A stretch of 64,000 nt of DNA from Planctomycetota bacterium (GCA_965222115.1 CBDCTJ010000007.1:448001-512000); one strand, 5' to 3'. Positions 50,226 to 60,315 are shown, counted from the stretch's first letter. The notes: generated from the letters alone by a model not told the origin. A program made the numbers and translations.

Positions 50226-51095
50226 CTAGAGCCCTCGCGCCCAATCGGGGCGCAGTGGGATGTCGCCTTCGAGCGCCGCGTCGATGACATCTACCAGTTG
50301 ATCACGGTCACGGGGTAAGCGTCCCGATAGGGGAAGCCAGTTGCTGGCGTGGTTGGTACGAAAGATCGCGTCGGTTGTATCGGTGTAGCGAATCATGGTT
50401 CGCAACTCGGTCAGCAAGCCTCGGACATCGGGTAACACAAACTGACCACGCTCTTGTAGCGTGGCGATGGGCGTTCCCGGCACCACTGTGAGCGTGAGTG
50501 CAGAAAGAAAGCGCGGATCCATGGCGGTGGCAAGCTCGGCCGACGCACGTGCGTGTTCCTCGGTGCGCTCCACACCGCCGGCCCCCAGCAAAAAGATGCA
50601 TGAGAGTTTCATGCCCGCTTTGTGAGCCTTGGTCGCGGCTTCGGCGTGTTGCGCATGCGTTGCACCCTTGGCAATGCGTTTCATGGTGACATCGTCACCC
50701 GACTCGGGACCCACGTAGAGCAGGGATAAACCCAACTCACGCAAGCGCTGCAGTTCTTCCTGCGACTTCGCCAGGAGATTTCGGGCGGTCGCATAGGCGC
50801 TCACGCGACGAAGCAAGGGAAATGACGCATAAAGTGCCTTCAGTACGGTTTCCCAAGACGCCCAATCCATCACCAGTGCATCGCCGTCGGCCACGAAGAC
50901 TTTGGTCGTGCGCGGCGCCTGCGCCGCCGCCATACGAATATCATCCAGCACATCCGCCATGTCGCGCACGCGGTACGACTTGTCGCGGTACATGTCGCAG
51001 TACGTACAGTGATTCCACGAGCAGCCAATGGTGGCCTGCAAGATGTAGGAGTGGGCCTCACTCGGCGGGCGGTAGATCGTTCCTTCGTAACGCAC
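50226..51095 (-). CDS. Radical SAM protein
   Basis: YEGTIYRPPSEAHS...GCSWNHCTYCDMY, FVADGDAL, GPESGDD, FRTNHASN. GTG 51095 follows GGAGG. Confidence 0.9.
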   Translation of the reverse strand: MRYEGTIYRPPSEAHSYILQATIGCSWNHCTYCDMYRDKSYRVRDMADVLDDIRMAAAQAPRTTKVFVADGDALVMDWASWETVLKALYASFPLLRRVSAYATARNLLAKSQEELQRLRELGLSLLYVGPESGDDVTMKRIAKGATHAQHAEAATKAHKAGMKLSCIFLLGAGGVERTEEHARASAELATAMDPRFLSALTLTVVPGTPIATLQERGQFVLPDVRGLLTELRTMIRYTDTTDAIFRTNHASNWLPLSGRLPRDRDQLVDVIDAALEGDIPLRPDWARGL

Positions 51096-51353
51096 CCCTC
51101 CAAGCTTACTCGCCAATCGATGGGTCGCTTCAAGGACAGCGTGCGGAATGCGGTTGTGGGAACCACTGCGGATCAGCAATTCGCGAAAACGCGAGGCACG
51201 GCGACCCCGCTCCAACGCCTCATTGTTCGACCTCCGTTGCACACGGGTCGTTGTCGCTGGGGCGTGGGCCAGAAATCTTGAGAATTCCAGTCCTCGATCA
51301 CCAGCGCGGGGAGTCCTTGCTTCAGAACCCAGTCCCTTTCTCGGAGCAGAACA

Positions 51354-53201
51354 ATGTACCCCTCCTACGTTTCCTCGCGGCTCGTGGCCGCATTGACACT
51401 CACGCTATTCTTCGCTGGCTGCGGCGGCGGTGGTGGTGGCGGTGGCGACGGCGGTGACCCGGTAGTCGTCAATCCGTTTGAAAAGCCCGCCATCGTTTCG
51501 ACGTCGCCCGCACAGGACGAACAAGATGTTGCCATCGATCGCATCATCGAAATCGTCTTTGACGCGCCCATCGACGGATCGCAAAATCTAGACGACTACT
51601 TCACGATCACGGTGGACGGCAGTTCATTCGCTGCCGTTGCAGCGTTGGGACCCAACGAGACCGTGCGTCTTGAGTCGCCGGCGACGTTTCCTCGAGACGC
51701 AGACGTTGATGTTCGCATCATGCCTGGACTTCGAGACACCAATGGCAATGCGCGCGAAACAGAGCATGCGTTTCAGTTTCGCACGGAGCCCGAGACGGTT
51801 ATCGGCTCGATCCCACACGAAGACGTGAACGACCCGGTCGAGTTGATGGCCATGAAGATGGACAACAACGGTGACGGTATGTCGATTCTGCGTCAATCCG
51901 GCGGTTCGCCGCGGATCCTCTATCGCGAAATGCGTGCTGGGCGATCCTTTGGTCCCGTCAAGGTTGCCTTCAGCGGCATCTCTCCCTTTATCTCAGAAGA
52001 GAACGTCCATCTCGCATCCAACGGCGATGTGCAGCTTACCTACGAGCGCTCCCTATCGGGCCGCCCCAACTTGTTTGCCGTTCGCTACGATCGTTCCACC
52101 GATACGTGGCTTCCCGAACTAAACCTCACGCCAAACGGATCAAGCGTTGTTGCAGAGTTCGCCTCGGCATTTACACAGTCCACCGGCATCATTGCTTGGA
52201 CCGAACAGTCCATTACGGACAACGACCGGCAGGCCGTGAGCATTGGCTTCCCCAACGCGGACGGAACCATGGGCGCCCCGTTCATCGCTCGCCTCGCCGA
52301 CACGAAGCGTACATCACTTCGCGTGCACAAACAGGACGAGCTCTCCTTGATCGCATGGAGTGAAGCCACGGCATCGGGCACCATCGCAACCGTGATCGAG
52401 CACCGCGAGTCGACAGGCTTTAGCAGCATCATGCCGCTTAGCCACCCCGTTCGACACTCAAGCGTGCGTCAGGTCATCGCGTCGCAAAACGGAAATCGAT
52501 ACGTGCTCTTTGAGCAGCAGGACCCCAGCAACACCGCTCAGGGTCAGCTATACGTAACGCACGGTGCACCCGGCTCGCTCTACACCGCGCCCGCTCCGTT
52601 GCACGGCGTATATGCTCGCGTTCACTCCGCTCGCATGGTGGTCACGCCCTCCGGAACGATGACGGTCGTGTATGGCATCGACGGCGCCGAGTCGGGAACG
52701 TGGATGCGCCGGTTCGTCCCCGGACAAGCGCCCACCGCGCCTCTGGAGATCTCGGGTGCCGACGCGCCGGTGCAACAGAGCGATCTCGCGCTCACCATCG
52801 ACACGCAGAACAATGCGTATGCGTTGTGGACCAGGAACAGTGCGCTGTATCAACAGCTTGTTCGTGCCTCGATCTTCCCGGCCGTTGGCAACCCAATGGT
52901 CAATATCCCGGTTGATACGAACGTGCGAAAGCCAGCGCGTAGCGGCTTGCGGTTGACTCCCTTGTCGACGGGCGAGATGCTCCTCACATGGATCTACCGT
53001 GTCGATGCTGCGGCCATCAACGACGACGTGCGAGCGCGTACATTGAGCCCCTCCGGTCAACTTGGCACGGTAGAGACCTACGGCATTGAGCGAGAGGTCT
53101 TGATCACGCGAACAGCCGTGGGCGTAGCTCAAACCGGCACCGGCACGCTCTTGTATGCCGAACAGCTCCCCTTTGATGTCTACGAGATCGAACTTGAGTA
53201 G
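51354..53201 (+). CDS. Lipoprotein with Ig-like (Big_5/SbsA) domain and beta-rich C-terminus
   Basis: Lipobox FAGC + Gly run; IVSTSPA...IEIVFD...LRDTNGN...FRT. Confidence 0.75.
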   Translation: MYPSYVSSRLVAALTLTLFFAGCGGGGGGGGDGGDPVVVNPFEKPAIVSTSPAQDEQDVAIDRIIEIVFDAPIDGSQNLDDYFTITVDGSSFAAVAALGPNETVRLESPATFPRDADVDVRIMPGLRDTNGNARETEHAFQFRTEPETVIGSIPHEDVNDPVELMAMKMDNNGDGMSILRQSGGSPRILYREMRAGRSFGPVKVAFSGISPFISEENVHLASNGDVQLTYERSLSGRPNLFAVRYDRSTDTWLPELNLTPNGSSVVAEFASAFTQSTGIIAWTEQSITDNDRQAVSIGFPNADGTMGAPFIARLADTKRTSLRVHKQDELSLIAWSEATASGTIATVIEHRESTGFSSIMPLSHPVRHSSVRQVIASQNGNRYVLFEQQDPSNTAQGQLYVTHGAPGSLYTAPAPLHGVYARVHSARMVVTPSGTMTVVYGIDGAESGTWMRRFVPGQAPTAPLEISGADAPVQQSDLALTIDTQNNAYALWTRNSALYQQLVRASIFPAVGNPMVNIPVDTNVRKPARSGLRLTPLSTGEMLLTWIYRVDAAAINDDVRARTLSPSGQLGTVETYGIEREVLITRTAVGVAQTGTGTLLYAEQLPFDVYEIELE

Positions 53202-53235
53202 GGCCACATGCACTCCTCAACTCACCGATCTCCTT

Positions 53236-53265
53236 GGAGGCGCCGTTCGCGGCGCCTCCTTTTTT
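53236..53265 (+). terminator. Rho-independent terminator
   Basis: GGAGGCGCCG-TTCG-CGGCGCCTCC followed by T6. Confidence 0.9.
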
Positions 53266-53291
53266 CGTGCGTATTCGGTATGATGCATGGA

Positions 53292-53915
53292 ATGGAATCG
53301 GAACGCCCACTGGAAGATGACGTACGTTCCCTGCTAGGCGCAGGCGAAGCGCGTCAACACCGACTGGGCGAACTGCTCGAAGATCATCGGCGCAAACTGC
53401 TTCGCATGGTGCACCTACGCATGCATCCGGCAATCCGTCAACGCGTAGGCGCCAGCGATGTCTTGCAGGAGTCGTGGCTCGAAATTTCGCGCCGCATCAA
53501 CGACTACCTTGCCAATCCGCAAATGCCTTTCCACCTATGGATTCGTTTTATTACTCAGCAGCGACTGCAGAAGTTTCATCGATTCCATATCGGTGCTCAA
53601 AAACGGGATGTCCGACGACAGGTATCGGGCGACGGCGCCGCCCGTCCGATGGCTACATCCTTTGGCATCGTGAATCAGATGGAAGCGTCGGGCCTCACAC
53701 CCAGCGGCATTGCACTCAAAGACGAAGCACGCAAGCGCCTTATGGCCGCACTCGATCAGATGAACGAAATGGACCGTGAGGTCTTGGTGTTGCGCCACTT
53801 TGAAGACTTGAGCAATGCCGACACCGCGACCGAGCTTGGCATCCAACCTTCGGCGGCATCCAAGCGTTACCTTCGCGCCGTCACGAGACTTCGAGGCATG
53901 CTCGCAAAGGGCTAA
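53292..53915 (+). CDS. ECF sigma-70 factor, planctomycete type
   Basis: RQRVGASDVLQE, FHLWIR, RFHIGAQKRDVRRQ, TPS, DREVLVLRHFEDLSN..TA.ELG..AASKRYLRA. Start 53280-53292. Confidence 0.9.
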   Translation: MESERPLEDDVRSLLGAGEARQHRLGELLEDHRRKLLRMVHLRMHPAIRQRVGASDVLQESWLEISRRINDYLANPQMPFHLWIRFITQQRLQKFHRFHIGAQKRDVRRQVSGDGAARPMATSFGIVNQMEASGLTPSGIALKDEARKRLMAALDQMNEMDREVLVLRHFEDLSNADTATELGIQPSAASKRYLRAVTRLRGMLAKG

Positions 53916-53937
53916 GGACGCGACACATTGCGGGGCG

Positions 53938-56900
53938 TCATGGCGCGTCGGAAAGAACGCGAGCATGGAGAGGAACGCGTGTGCGCATATCGTGTTGCCA
54001 CGGTGCCGGCGCCCGTTGGACGATACGTTCAAGCTCGTGCCTTGCCCTTCGCAAATCCTCGATCCGTCCACTTCGCTCACCCAGCGCAGTCCATGCCCGA
54101 ACGCGACCGTGGGCTGAAATATGTTCATCCCACGTTTCCAACTCTGTACGTGCCTTCAAGACGCTGGCCTCGGGGAGCATGGCAAGCCAGGCACGCATCA
54201 ACGCGGCATGCCCAACGAGTCCATAGGTTTCTGCCACGTGTCGCGACGCCTCGAGTGGCTCGCGCGCCTTGTCGGGCTGATCAAGCAGCGCATAGGTCAC
54301 GCCGAGCCGGCCATAGATCTGCGCCTGATCGAGACTCACCTCGCCCTCGCCGAAATGCTCAAGGACGCCGCGTAGTCGTGAGGCAAGCGCCTCCCATTGC
54401 TCCCGAACGTCCAAGAGCCCCGACTCAACCATGCGCATGAGCAGCGTTTCGCGCGGCGCCTCCGCATCGCGGGCAGCCTTAAACCCACGCGCCACCAAGC
54501 GCTCAGCCTCCTCAAACTGACCGCACCACGCGAGGAGCAGTGCGGGTGATGTACTGAGTCGTGCCTCAAGCAGCGGTGTCTTGTTGGCCACGAGTTCGCG
54601 TCCGGCCTCAAGCAGTTGCATGGCCTCGTCCCAATACCCCATAGCAATTCGCGTCTGCCCCTCCGAGAGAAGAGCATGCGAAACAATGTCGGTGTACCCC
54701 AAACGTCCACCCATGCGTTTCGCTGCTCGTGCATGGGTAAGCGACGTTTCGAACTCGCCCAATTGCAAGTACGTTGCCGCCAACGTGGTCTGGGTCCGGG
54801 TAGCGAGGCGGGCATCGCCCGTGCGCTGAGCGATTTCCAGTACGCGTTCGGTCAACGCCACGCTATGCGGCATGTCGGCGCGCATGAATGCCAGCGTGCC
54901 GAGTTGCTCGAGCGCGTCGGTCTCGATTGCGGATTCGCCGTACAAGTGGGAGACGGCCACGGATTGTTCGAGCGCCACTTGCGCTTCTTCCATGCGTCCG
55001 AGCGCCAACTGAATGCGACCCAACGTCCACATCGCTCTCGTCGTCAAGGATCCATCGCCCACGGCACGGGCCTCTGTTACGCCGCGCTCCGCCAGCGCCA
55101 CGGCCTTGTCCTTACGGCCGAAGTATTCATAGCAAAGCGCCACCTCGGACGCCGCGCGTGAACGCAACCGCGCGTCCCCAAGCGTTTCTGCCATCTCGAG
55201 GGCCAGTCGACCACTCGCCTCGGCGCGCTGGTAGTCACCGCTTCGCCGCTGATGCTTGGCAAGCTCAAGTTGCACACGACACGCAAGCGATTGATCGCGA
55301 TGCGATTCTTCGAGTTCACGCGCGGCATCAAGCGATGCAAGCACGTCGTCGGCCGGTGCATACATGGAGAGGCACATGCCGCGCAATAACTGCAATGAAG
55401 CGAGCAAGTACGAGCTACGGGGCACGGCACCGCCCTCATGAGAATCGCGCTGCTCAAGGACATCAATGAAAGCAGACGCAAGGCGAACCCCTTGTCGATA
55501 CTCAGACATCGCCCGTGCATGTTCCACCGCCGCTTCGGCAAAGGGCAACGCGGGCCGAGCATCTCCGCCAAGCACATAGTGCCTCGAGATTGCATACGCA
55601 TCGGCCGACCCGCGCGATCGAACCATCGCACCCAATTCCAAGTGTGTCGCCTCGCGTAGCCGTTGCGGAAGTTCGCGATGGAGTACGTCTTGTACAAGAT
55701 GATGCGAAAACACGTAGGCATCGCCCTCGGGATACACCAACTGATGGTCTCGGTCAGCCGCGTGCACCATGCGCAATCCCGCCAGTTTGGAGACGCCCGC
55801 AACTTCACACACCATCTCAGGATCGAACCGGTGGCCGCAGCACGCCGCCACGTTGAGGACGCTGCGAATCGCAGAAGGCACCGCCGCGAGGCGCAGCTCA
55901 ACAAGATCCTGAATTGACGCCGGCAAGGGCACGGGGCCTTCGCGTGGAACGTTACGTTTCCCTTTGAGTTCGCGCGCAAACTCAATCAGGCAATAGGGAT
56001 TGCCCTCGGCGCTCCCGATGAGTTGGCGCACATCGGAATCTCGCGCCGCGTCGTCGGGCAATGCACACTCAACCAACGCCAACGAATCGTTGTACGTGAG
56101 TCCCGTGAGCTCATGCGCCGAGAATCGATCCAGTGCATTGAGGGCGCTCGATACGTCGTTTGGCAGTGCGCCCCTGGAAGAAACGACCATCAAGATGGGG
56201 TCGGTGGCAATCGCATACGCCAAACCGTGCACGAGTTGACGTGACGCGACGCTCGCGAAGTGAAGATCTTCAGCAATGAACACAAGTGGTCCATCGGCCG
56301 CAATTGCACGCAAGACATGCGCCCATGCCGACAGGCGAGCGGACTCGGACATGGGCTGTTTGAATGACGCTGCATGCCCAAGGAGATCGTGTGCAAATGC
56401 GGGAGCCATCGCGGCATGTTCACCCAGGAGTCGCGCGAGTCTCTGTTCGAGATCCACGGAGCCCACATGTTCGCAGAGCGCGCGATTGAGCGGCGTCAAC
56501 CCTGCCAGTTCTTCGAGGGGCTCGAAGGTGGCCGCCAACACGTGTGCATCGCCCCGTTCGTGGATCTGTCGCGTCCACTCACGAAGGAGACGGCTTTTTC
56601 CGATCCCGGCCTCGCCATAAACACATCGAATGGGACCTGCATACGCGCGCGCTTCGCGGAGTGCATCATCTAGCATGGACCGTTCAGCTTCACGGCCAAC
56701 AAAGGGCGTCGACTCGCGGGCGGTTAGCTGACGAAATGAAGCCGACACGCCCGACTGGCACTCCGTCCACCAAGGCGACGACTCACGTAGATCGAGCGTT
56801 GTTGCCACGAGCGAAGCACGATCGGGACGCGCCTGCGGATCACGCGCAAGCAAAGCACCTACAAATTTGTCGAGAAAGGACGACACATGGGGCAGCGCCG

Positions 56901-57819
56901 CGCGGAGCGACGGCGCACGCGCTCGCGACAATACTTCACGTTCGGCGAATGCATGTCGGCCCACGACAAGCTGGTAGAGCACCAATCCAAGCGCGTAGAG
57001 ATCGGTTGCAGGGGTGGCCGTCTCGCCATGCATCTGCTCGGGCGCCGCATAGAGCAAGGTGCCCACAAACTCGCCGGCCTGCGTCATCCGTTGCTGCGTA
57101 TCCAGGATGAGGGCGACACCCAAATCCGTGAGCTTTATGGCTTCATCGGGCGCAATGACGATGTTCTCAGGCTTCACGTCGCGATGCACCATGCCTGCGT
57201 CATGAATGGCTTGCAACGCCTCCGCTACACGGGCACCAATCTCACACGCCATGCGTTCAGACACGGAACCCACTTGCTGCAAGAACTCGTTGAGATTGAG
57301 ACCCTCAAGATACTCAAGCACGATGTAGGGCGTCTCACCGCCTGCATGCGCCCACGAGCCTGCACCAAGCGTTCGCACAACACCTGGGTGTGTTACGCGC
57401 ATACCCGCCTCGATTTCTTGAGCAAAACGCTCTCGCAAACTGGGTCGAGCGAGAAGGTGTGGGTGGATGACCTTCACGGCAACGCGTTCATCCATTGAGT
57501 CACGCGCTTCATACACCGTCCCCATGCCTCCCTCGCCAATCACACGAACGATGCGCAGATCATCGATGGTTGTGGGCATCGTGATGCTGGCATGGGTATC
57601 TTTCGCGGCGGCCTCACCGGGGAGTGTGTTTGAGGGCTTTAGCTCTTCCAACATCAACAGTGTTGGAAACAACTCGTGGATTCGGTCCGCCAGGTGCGGA
57701 TGCGAATGGACATACGCCTCTACGGTTGCATCCTCACCTGCCCGAACGCGCTCGATGAACTCTTCAGCCAAGGCCTCAAGCGGATCTGGCTCAGGAGGAG
57801 GGTTGGATCCAGACGGCAC
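53938..57819 (-). CDS. Ser/Thr protein kinase - P-loop ATPase - TPR protein
   Basis: GEGGMG, VAVK, HRDVKPEN, DLG, APEQ; FVGRE, GEAGIGKS, EDLH, GNPY; C-terminal TPR-like helices. Confidence 0.9.
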   Translation of the reverse strand: MPSGSNPPPEPDPLEALAEEFIERVRAGEDATVEAYVHSHPHLADRIHELFPTLLMLEELKPSNTLPGEAAAKDTHASITMPTTIDDLRIVRVIGEGGMGTVYEARDSMDERVAVKVIHPHLLARPSLRERFAQEIEAGMRVTHPGVVRTLGAGSWAHAGGETPYIVLEYLEGLNLNEFLQQVGSVSERMACEIGARVAEALQAIHDAGMVHRDVKPENIVIAPDEAIKLTDLGVALILDTQQRMTQAGEFVGTLLYAAPEQMHGETATPATDLYALGLVLYQLVVGRHAFAEREVLSRARAPSLRAALPHVSSFLDKFVGALLARDPQARPDRASLVATTLDLRESSPWWTECQSGVSASFRQLTARESTPFVGREAERSMLDDALREARAYAGPIRCVYGEAGIGKSRLLREWTRQIHERGDAHVLAATFEPLEELAGLTPLNRALCEHVGSVDLEQRLARLLGEHAAMAPAFAHDLLGHAASFKQPMSESARLSAWAHVLRAIAADGPLVFIAEDLHFASVASRQLVHGLAYAIATDPILMVVSSRGALPNDVSSALNALDRFSAHELTGLTYNDSLALVECALPDDAARDSDVRQLIGSAEGNPYCLIEFARELKGKRNVPREGPVPLPASIQDLVELRLAAVPSAIRSVLNVAACCGHRFDPEMVCEVAGVSKLAGLRMVHAADRDHQLVYPEGDAYVFSHHLVQDVLHRELPQRLREATHLELGAMVRSRGSADAYAISRHYVLGGDARPALPFAEAAVEHARAMSEYRQGVRLASAFIDVLEQRDSHEGGAVPRSSYLLASLQLLRGMCLSMYAPADDVLASLDAARELEESHRDQSLACRVQLELAKHQRRSGDYQRAEASGRLALEMAETLGDARLRSRAASEVALCYEYFGRKDKAVALAERGVTEARAVGDGSLTTRAMWTLGRIQLALGRMEEAQVALEQSVAVSHLYGESAIETDALEQLGTLAFMRADMPHSVALTERVLEIAQRTGDARLATRTQTTLAATYLQLGEFETSLTHARAAKRMGGRLGYTDIVSHALLSEGQTRIAMGYWDEAMQLLEAGRELVANKTPLLEARLSTSPALLLAWCGQFEEAERLVARGFKAARDAEAPRETLLMRMVESGLLDVREQWEALASRLRGVLEHFGEGEVSLDQAQIYGRLGVTYALLDQPDKAREPLEASRHVAETYGLVGHAALMRAWLAMLPEASVLKARTELETWDEHISAHGRVRAWTALGERSGRIEDLRRARHELERIVQRAPAPWQHDMRTRVPLHARVLSDAP

Positions 57820-57980
57820 AGTGAGAGATCCCTCCAACGTCGGAAACGCGCAATTGCGAAGATAGCGATTCTGGGCGCGGCGTCGTTTCCCTCCTAGCTA
57901 ACAGGCGCATACTGCGTGCTGTCGTGCTCGCGGAATATCGAGACAAACGAGGTCGCACTACGCTTTGCTTGTGTCGATAT

Positions 57981-58009
57981 TTGACAATATTGGCCACGAG
58001 TGCTACGAT
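57981..58009 (+). promoter_or_regulatory. sigma70 promoter of second TA operon
   Basis: TTGACA-N17-TACGAT with extended TG; overlapped by the short palindrome CAATATTG. Confidence 0.75.
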
Positions 58010-58043
58010 GCCCTAGCAGCACCCCTTGGAGGCCGACTCTATA

Positions 58044-58307
58044 GTGACTCGTTCAATTAACTTATCGCTTACAGACGAACTACGTGCGTTCCTGGATAAG
58101 AACTCAGGCGACGGAACGCTCTACTCAACGCCAAGCGAGTTCGTCCGTGACTTGATTCGTAGACAGAAGGATCGCATGGACGCCGCAGCGCTCCGAACAG
58201 CGGTGCTCGAAGGTTACGCTGCTGTTCGAGATGGTCGCACGCACGAGTACACAGGCGACCTTCGATCCTTGCTTGAGGAGCATCGTGCCGGTCGCGACGC
58301 ATCATGA
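58044..58307 (+). CDS. RHH antitoxin (ParD/CC2985-like)
   Basis: SINLSLTDELRAF...YSTPSEFVRDLIR...VLEG; GGAGG RBS; ATGA overlap with the toxin. Confidence 0.85.
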   Translation: MTRSINLSLTDELRAFLDKNSGDGTLYSTPSEFVRDLIRRQKDRMDAAALRTAVLEGYAAVRDGRTHEYTGDLRSLLEEHRAGRDAS

Positions 58308-58669
58308 CCAAACTAGTTCTTTCCGAGCGGGCGCTAGCTGATATTGACGCGATTGAACGTTACTCCGTCGAGCGTTGGGGAGAACGAGTTGCAAGCCAGT
58401 ACTTAGCAGATTTGGATGCAGCATTGGCTCGCCTAGCAAGCGACATCTCGCTATTCAGGGAGCGGTACGACTACACGGGTCGTCTTCGTTTCTACAACGT
58501 GCGCGAGCACGTGCTCGTCGGCGATATCATCGAAGGAACTGTGTTCATTCTGACGGTGTGGCACGGAAGCATGGATTTTATCGAACGATTACCGAGTATC
58601 GAGCCAGACCTCGTACGAGAGGCAGAGACACTGACATGCCAGATCGAAGTTCAAACAGATCGTGAATAA
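58304..58669 (+). CDS. RelE/ParE family toxin
   Basis: LSERALADIDAIERYSVERWGERVASQYL...EHVL...ILTVWHGSMD. Confidence 0.85.
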   Translation: MTKLVLSERALADIDAIERYSVERWGERVASQYLADLDAALARLASDISLFRERYDYTGRLRFYNVREHVLVGDIIEGTVFILTVWHGSMDFIERLPSIEPDLVREAETLTCQIEVQTDRE

Positions 58670-59055
58670 TTATACCCGTTCTGGCACCGCGCCTACCTCC
58701 GGTTCTGTGTGCGTCGCGTGATGCGGGCCAAGGTTTTGCGTCGACTTGCACAGGTGCAAATGGCGAGGGTGCAACTATGTAGTTAACGTTGGGTACATGT
58801 TCTACACACGCCATGTTGCGCGCGTTGCGACACTCAACACAAGCACTTCGTTTGGTGCGTGAAATGTGTGGATTTTGCCCTTCTATGAAAAGGCCTGGCA
58901 TGTCAAGTGCGAAGCCGCGTCGGCGAGCGCATTTACCGCGTTGTGCATGTGTAGTTCGGCCCCTTGAGTGCGCAACTTACCCTTACCGCCCTTGCCTTTT
59001 TGGCAGCGGATCGGGGCGAATCAGATTGCCAGTCATCGTCTCTGGCGCCAGAAAA

Positions 59056-59220
59056 CACGTCCCATTCAGGCTTCTATGCGCACTCGTGTTGGATCGAAGT
59101 TGATGCGACCCGGTGCAAGGTGGGGTCCGAGAACGAGTCTGGGTGCTGCATACTCAGTAGCGACGTCGCTATACGTCGGTCAGGGCACCGCAGTCACCCG
59201 GACTCGAATTGGGGTACGTG
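59056..59220 (-). ncRNA. Predicted bridge RNA / seekRNA
   Basis: Two stem-loops with internal loops whose strands match the target flanks and the circle junction; closed by CACGT/ACGTG. Ends approximate. Confidence 0.75.
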
Positions 59221-59265
59221 GAAACTGACCTTATCTAATGCTTGCCTAAAGCTGTTGCGCGAGGT

Positions 59266-60315
59266 TCAGGCGGCCACTGGGCATCGAACCGGTATGTACT
59301 CTTCGCCTGTTCGCCACAGCGCAAGCATGAGCACGGAGAGCTTGCGTGCCACGGCGATGACTGCCTTGCGTTTCGCAACTGCGCCTCCACGCGCAATGAT
59401 CCGCTCACCGTGGGACTTTAGATCGCATGGCGGGCCCAGTCGCCCGAGGATGTGATGCGCGCACTGAACGAGCAACGACCGAACCATACGGTCCCCAGCC
59501 TTCGTTATGCGTAGCTGCTTGTCCATTTGGCCCGATTGATCACGCCGTGGAACCATCCCGAGAAACGCCCCGACATCTCGGCGGTCTTCAAACCGCGCCC
59601 AATCTTGAACGGTCAACATGAATGCGAGTGCCGTGAGATTGCCCACGCCTGGAATCTGAGTGAGCAACTGTGTATCTGGATATCGCTCCTTCGCCAACTC
59701 ATCGATCTTTGCGTCGTAGATCTTTACCAACTCAGTGATTCGCTCGATTGCACTGAGAATGGGATTGAGCACATCGCAGAGCTCCTCCGGAATCTCGGCC
59801 CGCGTCTTCGATCCGATGCATTTTGATGCCTGCTTACGCAACCGCCCGCCCATGCTCTTAATGACACCTCGTAGCGAGTTCACCAACTTGGTTCGTGACG
59901 ACACAAGCGCGGCTCGTGCACGAATCAGCGCAAGGTCTCGTTGTGCGGACTCCGGTCGATGCCGAATTGGGGCAAGTAGTTGGGGATCGAAGCGACCGAT
60001 TTCAGCCAACTTCTTGGCATCCGTTCGATCGGACTTGCGAGTGTTCCTGTAAATAAAGCTTAGCTCTCGCGGATTCGCGACTAGCGACTGAGCACATCGA
60101 CCTTCGACGACCCGACTCGCCCAAGGCGAATGCGTTCCCGCCTCCATCACAACTCGAGCGGTTCGGTGCTTCGAGAGAAACTCGTGAAAAGACTCGCGCG
60201 TTGTCGCGATCTCGCCTTCTTCCTTTTGAACCCCCGTGTCTTGATCCAATACGCAATACCAAGAGAACCGGTCGCCTAGGTCGATGCCAATCGTTTCGGT
60301 GATACGCTTATTCAT
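59266..60315 (-). CDS. IS110 family DEDD recombinase/transposase
   Basis: IGIDLG, VMEAG, KSDRTDA (DEDD RuvC-like), IPGVG, DQSG catalytic Ser, ITKAGD, AVARKL. ATG 60315 follows GGAGGAG. Confidence 0.95.
   Translation of the reverse strand: MNKRITETIGIDLGDRFSWYCVLDQDTGVQKEEGEIATTRESFHEFLSKHRTARVVMEAGTHSPWASRVVEGRCAQSLVANPRELSFIYRNTRKSDRTDAKKLAEIGRFDPQLLAPIRHRPESAQRDLALIRARAALVSSRTKLVNSLRGVIKSMGGRLRKQASKCIGSKTRAEIPEELCDVLNPILSAIERITELVKIYDAKIDELAKERYPDTQLLTQIPGVGNLTALAFMLTVQDWARFEDRRDVGAFLGMVPRRDQSGQMDKQLRITKAGDRMVRSLLVQCAHHILGRLGPPCDLKSHGERIIARGGAVAKRKAVIAVARKLSVLMLALWRTGEEYIPVRCPVAA

Noticed and set aside
51000-51030. Non-canonical Cx4Cx2C radical SAM motif
   Set aside because: To my knowledge this spacing is normal for the widespread RPPSEA-type family.
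57900-58880. Integron cassette / attC context for the TA module and IS target
   Set aside because: No convincing RYYYAAC...GTTRRRY attC pair with inner boxes, and no integron integrase in the window.
58882-58884. TCT/AGA as the IS core duplication
   Set aside because: It is present at both ends, but the CT core at 58880-58881 explains all four guide matches and the 17-bp junction promoter, whereas TCT does not.
58966-59085. 9-bp inverted repeat GAGTGCGCA/TGCGCACTC that could occlude the donor guide
   Set aside because: A 9-bp match within ~400 GC-rich nt is plausible by chance; needs covariation evidence.
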